A DNA stretch of 61,606 bases, counting the filler, from Circinaria calcarea (taxonomy: Eukaryota): the NCBI GenBank assembly GCA_051942165.1. It is 16 parts of 16 records of this genome, joined end to end, with 100 filler letters (N's around TTAATTAATTAA, not from the genome) between each part and the next. Parts side by side here need not be neighbours in the genome. Positions count along the whole stretch, not along the records: positions 11,621 to 15,391 come from JAVECS010002633.1; positions 15,492 to 19,261 come from JAVECS010002634.1; positions 19,362 to 23,128 come from JAVECS010002635.1; positions 23,229 to 26,992 come from JAVECS010002636.1; 12 more parts are not named here. One strand, 5' to 3'. This document shows, in pieces, positions 13,228 through 24,199 of this stretch. Position 1 is the stretch's first letter; every line of letters starts with the position of its first letter. Below the pieces are notes generated by a model. It did no database searches and was not told where the DNA came from. It saw only the letters and a program-made list of their open reading frames with translations. The position numbers were made by a program, and so were the translations under genes.

Positions 13228-13921
13228 TTAAAGCAATCCTATCCTCCCCGTGCCCACCGCTTTCTCCTCGTACACAACCGTAAACGACGCTGTCATCTCT
13301 CCTGCTTTGACCATAAAGTCATACAGCTCTGTTATTGCGTCGCGGAGCACGGTTTTCAACAGCTCTTGCCCTTCCTCAACGTGAACCACCAGCATCATGC
13401 TTTCCCTCCCGAGCCAGGTGAAATGGTCCTCGATCGGTCCATCGTCGTTCAATTTAATGCTGTCGGTTAGAGTACCGTAGGCTTGGATGAGCATGCCAAT
13501 GACAGCGTGTGTCATGATGCGGTGGTTGGGGACAATATAGAGCACTGCGCCTGACAAGACGCGGAGGTTTTGCCAACGAACGCCAGGCGGTCTTCCCGGT
13601 CGGAGAGCGGGGTGGGTAGTACGAGAGCTAGAAAAGTCAGTGTAGTCTATCCTATGAATTTGCTTTTTTTTTTTTTTTTGAAGAGTGTAGATGTTTGGAT
13701 AGCTCCGTGTAAGTATCATGGTTCATGGGATATTGGTATTACCTCAGGATTAGGTTCTTTTTAGCATCGGTGTCCTGATTTTCAGAAGGCACTGAGAGCG
13801 GACGGTGAAGGGGGTTCGCTGAGACGAGTATAGTAATTTGGGATACCGCTATGATGACTGCTATACTGACGTAGGGTCGCATCTCTGCCAACAAGTTGTA
13901 AGCTGTATACAAGGAAACCAC
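13228..13921 (-). CDS. Small secreted hypothetical protein, spliced
   Basis: Signal peptide MRPYVSIAVIIAVSQITILVSANP in ORF 13739..13921; GTAATA donor near 13743; main exon within ORF 13228..13719 ends ..SFTVVYEEKAVGTGRIGLL. Exact splice junctions not fully resolved. Confidence 0.6.
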
Positions 13922-14566
13922 GAAACAGTCGGTGAAAAGGCACTAACGAACTCGGTAGAAAAGAGATGCAATGACAAGGTTAATAAGATCTCCGCAAGGA
14001 AAATGTGGGGTTACACACAGGGTCAGCATGAGGCCCACGGAAGACTTTCATATATTCAACAAGATTAGTGTGGAGTGCTTGTGGGGGGTGGGTGAATCCA
14101 TGTTTGATGTTGCAGGGGTTTCGTAAGCTTTGGCGAGCCACGCGTAGATCACCACAAGCCCTTAACGTCTCGACTTTGCTCCAACCACGAAAGGGGGTAG
14201 ACTAAATGATTGTGACTCGACCGAGTTACCTTTAGGACCCAGTAAGAAACGTGCGCTTGTGAAAGTTCTTTCACAGATCATACAACATCGAGTTGCGATG
14301 ATTCGTTGGAGAATTGATTGAAATTCGCGAGTGTGGTTGCACATAGACTTCAGCTGCAGACCGAACAAAGCAAGAAAATGATCATTAACTTATTCTCAGC
14401 CATGTCGAAGCTGGTTGTGACAAGAGTAGCCGTATATACAAACCAGAAAGCTGATATTGACGTCACTAGCTCTCATCTAAGCCCGATATAACCTTCGGAC
14501 GCCATGCAGGTAGCCATGAGAAACGTCCAGCGCCATCGCTATGCATTTCGAGATCCAGACAATTCC

Positions 14567-15391
14567 TCAAACTTCAACCGAATCAGGCACCGCGGGCCCC
14601 ACTCCCCTAAGTAGCACGACGGTGTTGCCACTCACGCACCCTTCTTCAACCTTCTCTCCGAATTCCAATAACCTTCCCCCCTCCACGTGAAAAAGTCGTA
14701 ATTTTTCTTCCTCTCCTCCACCTCGGTTATTCACATTCTGTACCTGTAGTCCTTTCGCTGCTTCATCGAGCACCCTCCCAACACTCCATTCCTTGTTGTA
14801 CCAGAAATCGCCCTTCGGAAATTTGGAAGTAGTACTCTCAGCTTCTGCTTCAACGTGCAAATATATCCTCTTCTCTGGCGGAACCTTTGTGTCACCCTTA
14901 GCAGTCTTCTTCAGAGCATTAAGCGCCAATATCCTTGCGGCAGGCGATGAAGCTTTAGGTTTGGGTTGTGGAAGTGAAATGGTGGAAGCAGCCGCCACTT
15001 TTTCCTTACCCCATAGGCGAAGGCGCGCAAAGCCGGATTTGGCAATGTCAAGATTCCTGGTTTGAAGACTGGAAGCAGGGCGGGCGCCGAGAGGTGTCAG
15101 AGTTGCACAAGAGTGCTCTTCTCGTAAACGGTGTTTGAGACAATATTGTCTATTGCAGGTTTGACAGCCGACGCCTACCGAAGTAAGAGTGTTGATGTAG
15201 GTCTTGCAAGATGGATGGGAGCATTGTGTTGCTGTGGCCAAGGTCGGTTTACCAGCGTTCGTCGAGGTCTGAGACGAGGCTGCGGCTTGTTTCCGCCGTG
15301 TAGCGGCCCATTCACCGGCGTGGGCACATTTATGACTCGATTCGGTGCGGTGATCGAGGCAGTAAGTCCCCTTGCAGGATTCACAGCGAAA
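14567..15391 (-). CDS. CUZ1: AN1-type zinc finger protein (Cuz1/ZFAND1-like), 5' truncated
   Basis: CSHPSC..CQTCNRQYCLKHRLREEHSC (AN1 finger) followed by the ubiquitin-like C-terminal region AKGDTKVPPEKRIYLHVE..WSVGRVLDEAA. Confidence 0.85.
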   Translation of the reverse strand, partial: FRCESCKGTYCLDHRTESSHKCAHAGEWAATRRKQAAASSQTSTNAGKPTLATATQCSHPSCKTYINTLTSVGVGCQTCNRQYCLKHRLREEHSCATLTPLGARPASSLQTRNLDIAKSGFARLRLWGKEKVAAASTISLPQPKPKASSPAARILALNALKKTAKGDTKVPPEKRIYLHVEAEAESTTSKFPKGDFWYNKEWSVGRVLDEAAKGLQVQNVNNRGGGEEEKLRLFHVEGGRLLEFGEKVEEGCVSGNTVVLLRGVGPAVPDSVEV

Positions 15392-15491
15392 NNNNNNNNN
15401 NNNNNNNNNNNNNNNNNNNNNNNNNNNNNNNNNNNTTAATTAATTAANNNNNNNNNNNNNNNNNNNNNNNNNNNNNNNNNNNNNNNNNNNN

Positions 15492-16094
15492 GTCTTCTGA
15501 TCCGCGCCCTTGCCAAATTGAAAAGCAGTACTTCATAGGCTCAATGGAGAGAGACAGCAATAACTTTGTACGTGTGGGTGTCGTCGAAGTCGACCCTAAT
15601 GTCGATGGGGTAATGATGGATGTCGACCTCAATGACGTTCCGGAGGAGAAAGACGAAGACTCATCGCCCACCTCACCCTCTCTTGCGTTGAGAAGGTGGG
15701 GTTGGGATTGGGGGTCGCGGCCTGCAAGAACTGCCGAGGAGCCAGAAGACGATGACATGGAAATTGGGGCGTAATTATGAATCTTGACTGTTGAATATCT
15801 GTGTTTAGCGGGAGTTGCTGTTTGTTGTTTGCTGTTATCTCGAGTACTATGAATGTAGTCTAGTGTCTGCTTAGCCAATGCTGCATGTTCTCTTTTCCCA
15901 CCGTTTATGTCCTTTCCATATACCAGTGCATATGTTTTGCTACGGAAACCCCTTGCGCACCGATCATCCCAAGAAGGATTCCTTTTGGACCAGGCTTTGA
16001 AAGCAGTAGGTAAGAAGTTGACCGGCAAGGGTATTCCGGAGCACAACATGTCTGATCTCAGTTGAACCGGCTCACTCTCATAACGTTGATACAA
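15492..16094 (-). CDS. Hypothetical protein, 3' truncated
   Basis: Open frame of about 200 codons running into the contig end, with a Ser/Thr-rich second half and no recognisable motif. Confidence 0.35.
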
Positions 16095-16482
16095 AATCGA
16101 TTGACTATTTCCATGCCCCGCCCGACTATGTAAACTATGTTTGCTAGTAGTGAGGAATCATCTAGGTTCAAATCGATACATCAAGGATACCGGTGTGTTC
16201 GCTCATTCGTTACCCTCGCCTTCAGGTCTCCCTGTGTCGCAAACGGGCCTAGAAGGCGAATATTGTGCCTCGCAACGCACCTGCTTGCTGCACCTCCGCC
16301 CCATGGTCCCAGAGGCCGCCCCTGCACGTCCATATAGGGCTCGCACAGGCGCATCATCAGTCGCCGCGTTGGCCCGCCCAGGTATCCTTCCACCGCGTAT
16401 TATCTATTTCGCTGCAGCTGACCGCGCGTCTCGCCGACGATAATAGTTCCTCGGGCGCAACGCTGGCGGAGGTCGTCGTAGG

Positions 16483-17001
16483 TTAGTTGAAGGCCTTGGG
16501 CCCCTGCCCTGGTGGTGGAGGCGGCTGCGGGGGTGGCGGAAGGGCCACCTGCCTTAGGTGCGTAGCCCCTAATGCCAAAGTGTCCCAGCCGCGATTTTCC
16601 CGAAGCTGTCTCGCTGCGAGACTGGCGACGGCCGCTTCCGCGTTCCAAGTACTTTCGTAGGTCATCCAGTAGTTCTCGTAGGCCAGATTGACGCGTTCCG
16701 GGTGACCGTGTCGAAGGTATTCGAAGGCGGCGAGGACATGGGTAAGCGTGGGCCAGACGGGAGCGGTGGGAAGTCCGGTCAAATGACGGAGATTCCTGTT
16801 GTAGCCAGCGACGATATCTCGCCGGGTAATATCGGGGTCGCAATCCAGGCAGAGGGCGTCGAAGACGTCAAAACGCACCCAAACGGGCATATGGGTGTTG
16901 CTCTCTACTAATTGGGGATGAGGGTAGCTTCGATTGGGCTCGTTCATAAGGAGCGGTGCTTGCATGGGCACCTGTTGGTGGGCATGTATATTTATAGCCA
17001 T
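16483..17001 (-). CDS. Hypothetical protein with J-domain-like region lacking HPD
   Basis: Intronless 172-aa ORF. FDVFDALCLDCDPDITRRDIVAGYNRNLRHL..LTHVLAAFEYL follows DnaJ helix I/II/III spacing; Pro-rich tail. Confidence 0.5.
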   Translation of the reverse strand: MAINIHAHQQVPMQAPLLMNEPNRSYPHPQLVESNTHMPVWVRFDVFDALCLDCDPDITRRDIVAGYNRNLRHLTGLPTAPVWPTLTHVLAAFEYLRHGHPERVNLAYENYWMTYESTWNAEAAVASLAARQLRENRGWDTLALGATHLRQVALPPPPQPPPPPGQGPKAFN

Positions 17002-18565
17002 GCTGGTGTAACGGAAGCTCTAGGGCTTCGAATGACTCACTCAATCGAGCTTTTAGAGACGAATATGGACTTTTACAGTCATGTATCCCTTTGGACACAT
17101 TCAAAAGTACGACATTGCCCTCGAGAAGCGTCTTTGTTCGCCATCCGCCGAATGCCTAATCCGGCGACTGGGCGAACGGTATACATGAAAGAATCGTTAT
17201 CCGATTGCTGCCATCGGTATCCTTAATGAGGCGTTGGTAGTTAAAGTAAAAAGCATAGCATATCACAAGACGCCAGAATCTCTGACTTTTGCGTTAGCTA
17301 CAAAATGGGAAGAAATAGAGTGTTGGGGACTTTCATGGCGCTCGTGAAGCTGAAGCGCAACCAGAAAGGTGCAAGGGAGCGAATCCTCCTCGGTGAATAG
17401 GTATAATGGTCAATCTCATCCGATGGACTCGGATACTAAAAGACATGGGTAAATAAAGAGATGTACCAGCTCTCGTACAGTACAACGTGGAAAAAATAGA
17501 AGATATCCGAAATTATAATATGATTAACAGTTCGATAACGGAAGCAGCTTCACATGGAATGAACCAGATCTTAACCCGCAAGTCATGTATATCCGTAGAA
17601 AGGTAAGTGATTACCACGTGGTGAATAGGGGTTTAGCTACCAGCTTCCGAGGCGGTGAAATGGGCTAGTACCCGTGACTGAAGCAAAGGCAAGTTACAGC
17701 CAGGACCTTGGTTTACTATCTTCAACCTTGGAGCTCCGATATTGATTCGGGCATGCATCATCCCTAATCGTAATAACAATGGGCATTCGAAACCACTTGG
17801 AGAACATGGAACAAACGGCAAAGAAAGGCATCATAGGAAGCTTAAAATAGACCAAATCGAAACGATTACTGTTGGAACATGATGAGATGATAATGGTATC
17901 TTTTAGGTGTTGGAAACACTCAATACTTCGAACGGCAGGAGAGAGGTGCTTCTTAGGGTTTCTGGAAGTCGGCGGGACCAGAAACCCCCCGACGCCAAGT
18001 TTGTTGATAGGGTTATTGGGCAGTTGACTTAATCAATTAATACCAGCTAATTATGAACGGTTCATTGTGACTTATACGATCATGAAACTGCTCGTGTCAG
18101 ATGAGAAGCATAAAAATACTTCCGTAAAAAGCAGACTTTTGCTGGCAGGCCGTTCAATGGATTGCACCCTTACCTCCGCACTAGGAGGGCTCAAACCGAA
18201 GAGGAAGACGCGCAGCCATGTCGCATCTACACGTTAGATGGACAGGATAATGCCAACAAACTATCGATGGTGACTGCGAATGGCTTCGGTAGTAGGAATC
18301 TGTGGTGTAGAGAAACGTTCTGCTTGAAGGAAACCTGTGGGTAACATGGACTGAAGAAATAGTAGCGATTGTTAGTCCTCCGAGCTTTTGAAGGATCTAT
18401 AGCTGATATACTTGGCCGGAAGCTGTCCACACACGCAAGATAATCAACCCGTTCTCGAGTCTCCATCGCATTATTTTGTTGCTGGCGCTACCCACCAATA
18501 CACATGCAACCTCTCTGCCAACCAAAAAACAAAAGAAACCATAACCCTAGGCCTCAGCTCCGAAA

Positions 18566-19261
18566 ATGACTTCCTGGCTCCTCGCCCACGACCCGCCCAG
18601 CTTCCACCGAGCCACCCATCCGCCCTTCCTCCGCGCCGCCGGCCAAGGCAAAGTCCCCAAGCTCCTTCTTTCCCAATACCTCAGTCAAGACCGCCTCTAC
18701 GGCCATGCCTATATCCGCTTTATCGGGCAGCTCCTGGGGAAAATAAGACTCGACTCCCCCGACCACAACAATCTAACCCGGCGAATCTCCGATATGTTGA
18801 TCGACGCTCTCGTGAACATCAGAAGGGAGCTAGCATTCTTCGACGACGTGGTGGAGCGGTATAAGCTCCAGCTGGAAGGCAGAAACAGCCACGGTAGCGA
18901 AATTCACTCGCTTCTTCGACCGTCTCCCATCACAAGGGCATACATCGACTTCTTCGCCAGCGTCTCCAACCCCGGCGCCTCCCTCCTCGAAGGCCTGGTC
19001 GCCCTCTGGGGAACGGAAAAATGCTACCACGAGGCCTGGCTGTACGCCAAAAGCTTCATCCCCAATCCTTCTACCACCGAAACCTACAGGGGCGACCCCG
19101 ACGCCGGCGCCCTACGCAACGACCTCGTGCCCAACTGGACGAGCGCGGAGTTTGGCCAGTTCGTGCAGGCGATTGGCGGCTTGGTGGATGAGCTCGCAGG
19201 GGCGGAGGAGAGGAGGGCAGGGGATGGGGAGTGGAAGGCTGTGAAGAGGAGATGTGAGGAG
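18566..19261 (+). CDS. TenA/THI-4/PqqC-family (heme-oxygenase-like helical) protein, 3' truncated
   Basis: ATHPPFLRAAGQG..LSQYLSQDRLY..NIRRELAFF..YIDFF..LVALWGTEKCYHEAW..VPNWTSAEF. Confidence 0.85.
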
Positions 19262-19361
19262 NNNNNNNNNNNNNNNNNNNNNNNNNNNNNNNNNNNNNNN
19301 NNNNNTTAATTAATTAANNNNNNNNNNNNNNNNNNNNNNNNNNNNNNNNNNNNNNNNNNNN

Positions 19362-19515
19362 GTTAGCTTAACGAGAAAGGTTTTTCTCGCGAAATATTAT
19401 ACGAGAATTTCTTAATAATAATTTATATATTAATACGAACCAATTGAGCTTATTATTACACAATTCATCGACCTTTATCGTAAGATTATTATATTATTCG
19501 TAAAGGATCTTTATA
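19362..19515 (+). mobile_element. RIP-decayed copy of a putative LTR (same family as 51536-51755), cut by contig start
   Basis: Aligns with 51602-51755 (GCTTA.CGAGAAAGGTTTT.CTCGCGAAATATTA..CGTAAGAT.ATTATATTATTCGTA.AGGATC.TTATA); differences are mostly C/T and G/A transitions; similarity ends at or within a few bases of the TTATA end. Confidence 0.7.
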
Positions 19516-19744
19516 TTTATTCTCTCGATTTTTTTTTATTCTGATATTATTTATTTAGAAGAGGCTTACGAATAGCAAGAGGTAGATTTATAAAGGTATT
19601 GAAAAAAGGAGCGGAGGAATATAGCACTACGAAGGGGCGCGGAATATAAAATATATTATAGATATTAAAATTAGCAAGAGGAAGCATCAATTCAATAATA
19701 TATCTGTTCATTTGGAGCCCACTACGCTATATCTATATAACTTA

Positions 19745-19842
19745 TGGCAGTCCGGACTGCCAGTCCCAGTCCACCCTTCAGACTGCCAAGCCAGTCACAG
19801 TCCAGCCTCTGGACTGGACTGTTTGGACTACTGGCGGCGCTG
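19745..19842 (+). mobile_element. Right part of CAG[C/G]GCCGCCAGTAGTCCA TIR element (copy A)
   Basis: CCAGTCCACCCTTCAGACTGCCAAG..TGTTTGGACTACTGGCGGCGCTG closely matches 23960-24041. Confidence 0.85.
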
Positions 19843-21162
19843 TTCGTGACTCCTCCGAAGCCACACTCTGATGCTCCAAATCGGTTTGGAAGCTGAAGTC
19901 GCTAATTTGAGGACACCCAAATGAGCGCTGGTGGTTAAGGTGCTGACCTTTAGTCTTGTTATCGGGGTAGACATTTCTCTTGGAAGATGGACTGGAATGG
20001 AATTTGCTAAAATGGCTTCGAATATATTCGATAGATTGAGGACGTAGGAGGGGTCGTATTGTTGGAATACAAGCCGCAATGATAGCGACGTTCTGTTCCA
20101 CTCTGGCAATCCGTTAGCTGGTCTTGTTATATATTCTCAGAACGAGGTGGGTGAGAGATACGTAGCCCAAATACTTAAGCGTATTATGTTATCTGACCAC
20201 AAATGATTAACATAGCACTTGGGAGTACGTTCTGCCAGAAGTTGGAGATGGGACATACAGGTGATATCCTTGGTTGGGAGGTGGATGAGAAATACAGTTC
20301 TAGCCAGGGCGAATGCGCCAGTACTGTGACCGAATTCTTAGAGTGCGTTTGATGGCTGCAATTAGGGCAAATACTCACACAACGCCTAGTCCCATGAGAC
20401 AGCATATTCCAGCTTTAATCCGGATGCTGATCTGAACATTCCACAAAAAGACAGCAGGCAAAGCTGCAAGCGCCCAATCACAGAACATTGACGCGGCTTC
20501 ATTCAGAAGTTAGTTACAATGTCAAGTTCACACAAAGGCGTGTAAGAAAGGGAGAATCATACCAGCCTGCGAAACGTTAATAACGGTTTGTATGATGGGA
20601 GCTCTGCAGCTGCCTGGAACGGCCGGGTTCCAATACTTCTCGGCCGGACGACAAGAATTTAGAACTGTAGTCGCTGCGATCAAGCTAGTAACAATATTGA
20701 AGCCAGTGATAAGATGAAGAGTCCATCTCCATGAGTTCCGTGTCGTGAAGAGACGGAGGAGGAAAACATAGATGGAGGCTCTCGTGAACATGGTTGAGAG
20801 AATGGAGAATACATCGGCTATCAGGTTCCACTTGATCGATTGTATGATATTTTCTGGTGGCACGTAGTACACATGTCTTCCGTTGCCTAAATGTACCAAA
20901 GCTATACTGATGCCCAACACAGTCAAGGCGCCGATCTAATGCCGTATATCAGCTTGGTTCTTATCAACAAACACTCATCTCATGGCCTTACCACTCCCAA
21001 TACTATGAGGAAGTCATCCCACCCTAAGCTGTTGCGAACTAGTTTCGTCCGGACAAAGAGTCTCAAGCAGACTAAACTGAAAGCTACGAAAAACGTAACT
21101 GCCGACACAGTAAGAAGAATGTAGCCTCGATTCTCATCGGGGGGAATAGTGGTGTCTGCCAT
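19778..21162 (-). CDS. PTH11-like rhodopsin-domain integral membrane protein (no CFEM), multi-exon
   Basis: LRLFVRTKLVRNSLGWDDFLI; GNGRH; RASIYVFLLRLF; SCRPAEKYWNPAVPGSC; EQNVAIIAACIPTIRPLL. Confidence 0.88.
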
Positions 21163-22316
21163 TGTTTGAACCCTACACCTGTTCGTATGAAAAGGTAATC
21201 AAGAGACAGAAGGATATTCTTAGAAAATCGTCGCATGGAAATTTTGCCCGTGGCTATGGGCATTAAACCAGCTTTAAACCAACGTGCATGCAGAGTGGGG
21301 CGATGTTACAGCCAAGATGGTGTGCATGGTAAGGAGGAGAGCCCAAGGACGTAGGTATATGGCGTAGAACACCGCCTCTGATAACCGTTGACTTAACATA
21401 TGTTACTGGCCTCCACTCTTCTTGGGCGAAAGAGGGAAGCTATATTGCAAGACCCCTTTGCAGCGACATGTATCAGATAGTGTAGATTCCGAGATTGATA
21501 CCTCCGAATGCCAGTGTACCCGCAGCAATCGCAAGGGCTGTCGCAATCCCTAAATCCGATGAACGACATGGCCCTGGACATCCGCGCGAGTCACACAGCC
21601 ACAGCTGCATCAATCTAGCTATTTTGGGCTTAGATGATTGACGAATCACGTATTTATCCGTCGTGAGGAAGCACGGGATTCGACGCATTTGCAAGCAATT
21701 GCACCCATTACTCCGCAGGGATGCAGCGCACCTGCAGTATCCCAATGTAACCATATATAGGTTTATGGCCCTTGAATGTTGCTACCTTGGAGTAGCCGCA
21801 GTCTGAGGCGCTCCACTAACCTCCGTATCAGAAGATTCGTTCTGTAGTGTGTTGCGCCGTGTATCTAAGAAGATTCTATCTAGAACACTTTCCTCATCCG
21901 TTCCTCGAAATCTCCCCTCCCTCTCCGTCTTCTTGTCTTCAGCCCTTTCGCCCTCCAACATACTGAGTACAATCCATGTCTTCCCTTTCCATTCACATCT
22001 CCATCTTACGCCGTTCCCTCCCCCCCCCAGGCCGAAAACTCCTTTGGGAAGCTTCACGCCTGTCCTTCTCTCTCTCTCCTTCTAGGCTTATCTCCCCTTT
22101 TCCTGATCGGTCTAACTCCCTCGTATAGCTGCCGTGGTTCCTTCGCTGGAAGCCCCGGCTATGACAGCACAGGCGTTGCGGGATGTCTTGTAGAAGGGTT
22201 TGGAGCTTCCCTAGAAAACCCCAAGCCGCTCTTCATGCTTCATATCGCAAGAACTCTTCAACAGGTTGGGGAGGTGCTGAAGGCGGCTGGGGTATGGAAA
22301 GCTTTACAAGCAATGT

Positions 22317-22573
22317 TTAGACGCCTAGATCCTCCTTGATCAAGTTAACAGCTCGTCACGCAACCGCGTAGACCGTTATTTGAGGATTACCCCGGGAGAT
22401 AATAGGTGTAATACTGGCGTCAACATCTCTCAAGCTCCTCGTCCCATATACCATTAGCCTCTTATTCACAAACCCTCCCATGACCTTTGGTATCATCGGA
22501 TATGTGCTCGTAGGGTGCCAGTCAGACGTGGCATATAATCTGACATCGTCGATATACTGGTGGATTCCGCCAT
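22317..22573 (-). pseudogene. Relic C-terminus of a GMC oxidoreductase
   Basis: Minus-strand translation IHQYIDD..DWHPTSTYPMIPKVMGGFVNKRLMVYGTRSLRDVDASITPIISRGNPQITVYAVA*RAVNLIKED matches the GMC C-terminal motif (WHP..GGVVD.RLRVYG..LRVVDAS..GN...VYAVAERA); internal stop; no intact upstream frame. Confidence 0.75.
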
Positions 22574-23432
22574 GCTAAACTTATAGTAGCAGCTTTAACT
22601 CCAATCGCGTCTCTTCACGAAAAAACAGCTGTCCGGACCAACCTTATCTTTATTTATTTCACCGCTGGTCCTGTTATTCAATCGCTGCTCTTACTCGGCA
22701 TCCGTTTCTGACATCAGCATTCAGTTCTAGCTCGAGCATTCATCTTTCGCTCCAGAATGCCTTCCTGATCCCTATTTCTATTTCTGGTTCGCGGGCCTGT
22801 CACGAATGAAGAAGATTTAACGTTACACAGCCCGAGCATTAGAAGGGCGGCTGATTGCTATTCGAATAATAAGAGAAACCTCTTTAGCACTAATATCGGC
22901 GCAACTCCTAGAATACAATTCAATTCCATACCAATCAAGCCATGAAAGAAAAAATGTTACGTGTTCCACGCAAAACCGTTCCGCGCACAACCAAAGGATT
23001 AATAGTTGCATATCCCTACTACTCTAAGCGACATAGCGCGCCGCAAAAATACTTTTAAAATCGTAATTTATTAATCTAGTTTATTATTATAAATAATTAA
23101 AATAATAAAAAACGGTAACAGCTAAATTNNNNNNNNNNNNNNNNNNNNNNNNNNNNNNNNNNNNNNNNNNNNTTAATTAATTAANNNNNNNNNNNNNNNN
23201 NNNNNNNNNNNNNNNNNNNNNNNNNNNNTTTTCCGTACCCCTTCCATTTCGTGTTCCCCTATATATCCGCCACAAAGACCTAGAGACAGATCCTCCCAAA
23301 CCGATATAAACCTGCAGCTGTCTAAATGCGACCCATAGAAATTCCCTTCCCCTAGATTAATACTTTCCAGCTCGGTTTGTGTTGCGCGTAGTGTACTGTG
23401 GTATTATGGACCCAAAAAAAGGGCCCCTTCCC

Positions 23433-23440
23433 AAAAAAAA
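23433..23440 (-). terminator. Pol III oligo-T terminator of the 5S gene
   Basis: Run of 8 T immediately after the 5S 3' end on the minus strand. Confidence 0.8.
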
Positions 23441-23562
23441 ACATACAACAGCTGAGTATTCGCCGGCGGTCACCCACCCAACTACTAATCAGCCGATCTC
23501 AACCTTATGGATGGCAGAGCGGGACGGGATGCCCAGTTCTTCTGGAGTCTGTGGTCGTATGT
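23441..23562 (-). rRNA. Dispersed 5S rRNA gene
   Basis: Reverse complement ACATACGACCACAGAC..GGCATCCCGTCCCGCTCTGCC..TTAGTAGTTGGGTGGGTGACCGCCGGCGAATACTCAGCTGTTGTATGT; termini pair (helix I); followed by a T-run; TATA-like ATATAT about 28 nt upstream. Confidence 0.93.
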
Positions 23563-23890
23563 GAGGAATAGATTCATATCAGGGGACATATATCAGTTAA
23601 TTTTCCTCCTGGATTTCGTGACGTGAGATAAGGGTCCGGGCTACGAGTAGGGATAAGAGTAAGATGGGTGGCTGGTTGGAGATTCTTGAGTTGATTAGCC
23701 TCTCTGGGTACATTTGCTAGGTGATTACCCAGTTGAAATACTTTAGGCTACTAAGTTTCGAAAGACCTGAGAGGATTTGAGGTTGACCATGGCATGGTAC
23801 TTCGTATACCGTATACGCCTGAGGGAATAGTGTCCTCGGCAAGATTCAGGCTGCACAGATAGGAAAAGGAGCAAAACTGGGACTCTCATC

Positions 23891-24041
23891 CAGGGCCGCC
23901 AGTAGTCCAGCAGTCCAAACTGAACTGGCAGTCCAGTACAGTATACTGGACCGAACTGGCAGTTCCAGTCCACCCTTCAGACTGCCAAGGCAGTTACAGT
24001 TCAGACGCTGAACTGCATTGTTTGGACTACTGGCGGCGCTG
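23891..24041. mobile_element. 151-bp MITE-like element with 19-bp TIRs (copy B, both ends present)
   Basis: Left CAGGGCCGCCAGTAGTCCA versus right TGGACTACTGGCGGCGCTG (1 mismatch); internal CAGTCCA/TGGAC/GAACTG mini-repeats; no 8-bp TSD seen. Confidence 0.8.
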
Positions 24042-24120
24042 GTGGTCACCCACCCAATTACTAGTTAGCCGATCTCAAGCTTATATATAGCAGAGCGGAC
24101 AGGATGCCCAGTGCTCTTAA
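24037..24120 (-). pseudogene. Partial, transition-mutated 5S rRNA copy fused to the MITE end
   Basis: GGTCACCCACCCAATTACTAGTTAGCCGATCTCAAGCTTATATATAGCAGAGCGGACAGGATGCCCAGT aligns with 23468-23537, mostly C>T/G>A changes; both 5S ends are missing. Confidence 0.85.
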
Positions 24121-24199
24121 CTTTTAATTTATGCTATTGGTTCTTTCCCTGCTTGTTATTGCTTATGTTATCATGGCGTTGCACGGGCTCAATATAATA

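Noticed and set aside
23883..24049. 8-bp hAT target-site duplication around copy B
   Set aside because: Flanks CTCTCATC and GTGGTCAC do not match, so hAT membership is not claimed.
23891..24120. 5S-derived SINE (SINE3) made of a 5S head plus element body
   Set aside because: The other two element copies have no 5S sequence at that end, the element has TIRs, and the 5S piece lacks its 5' end.
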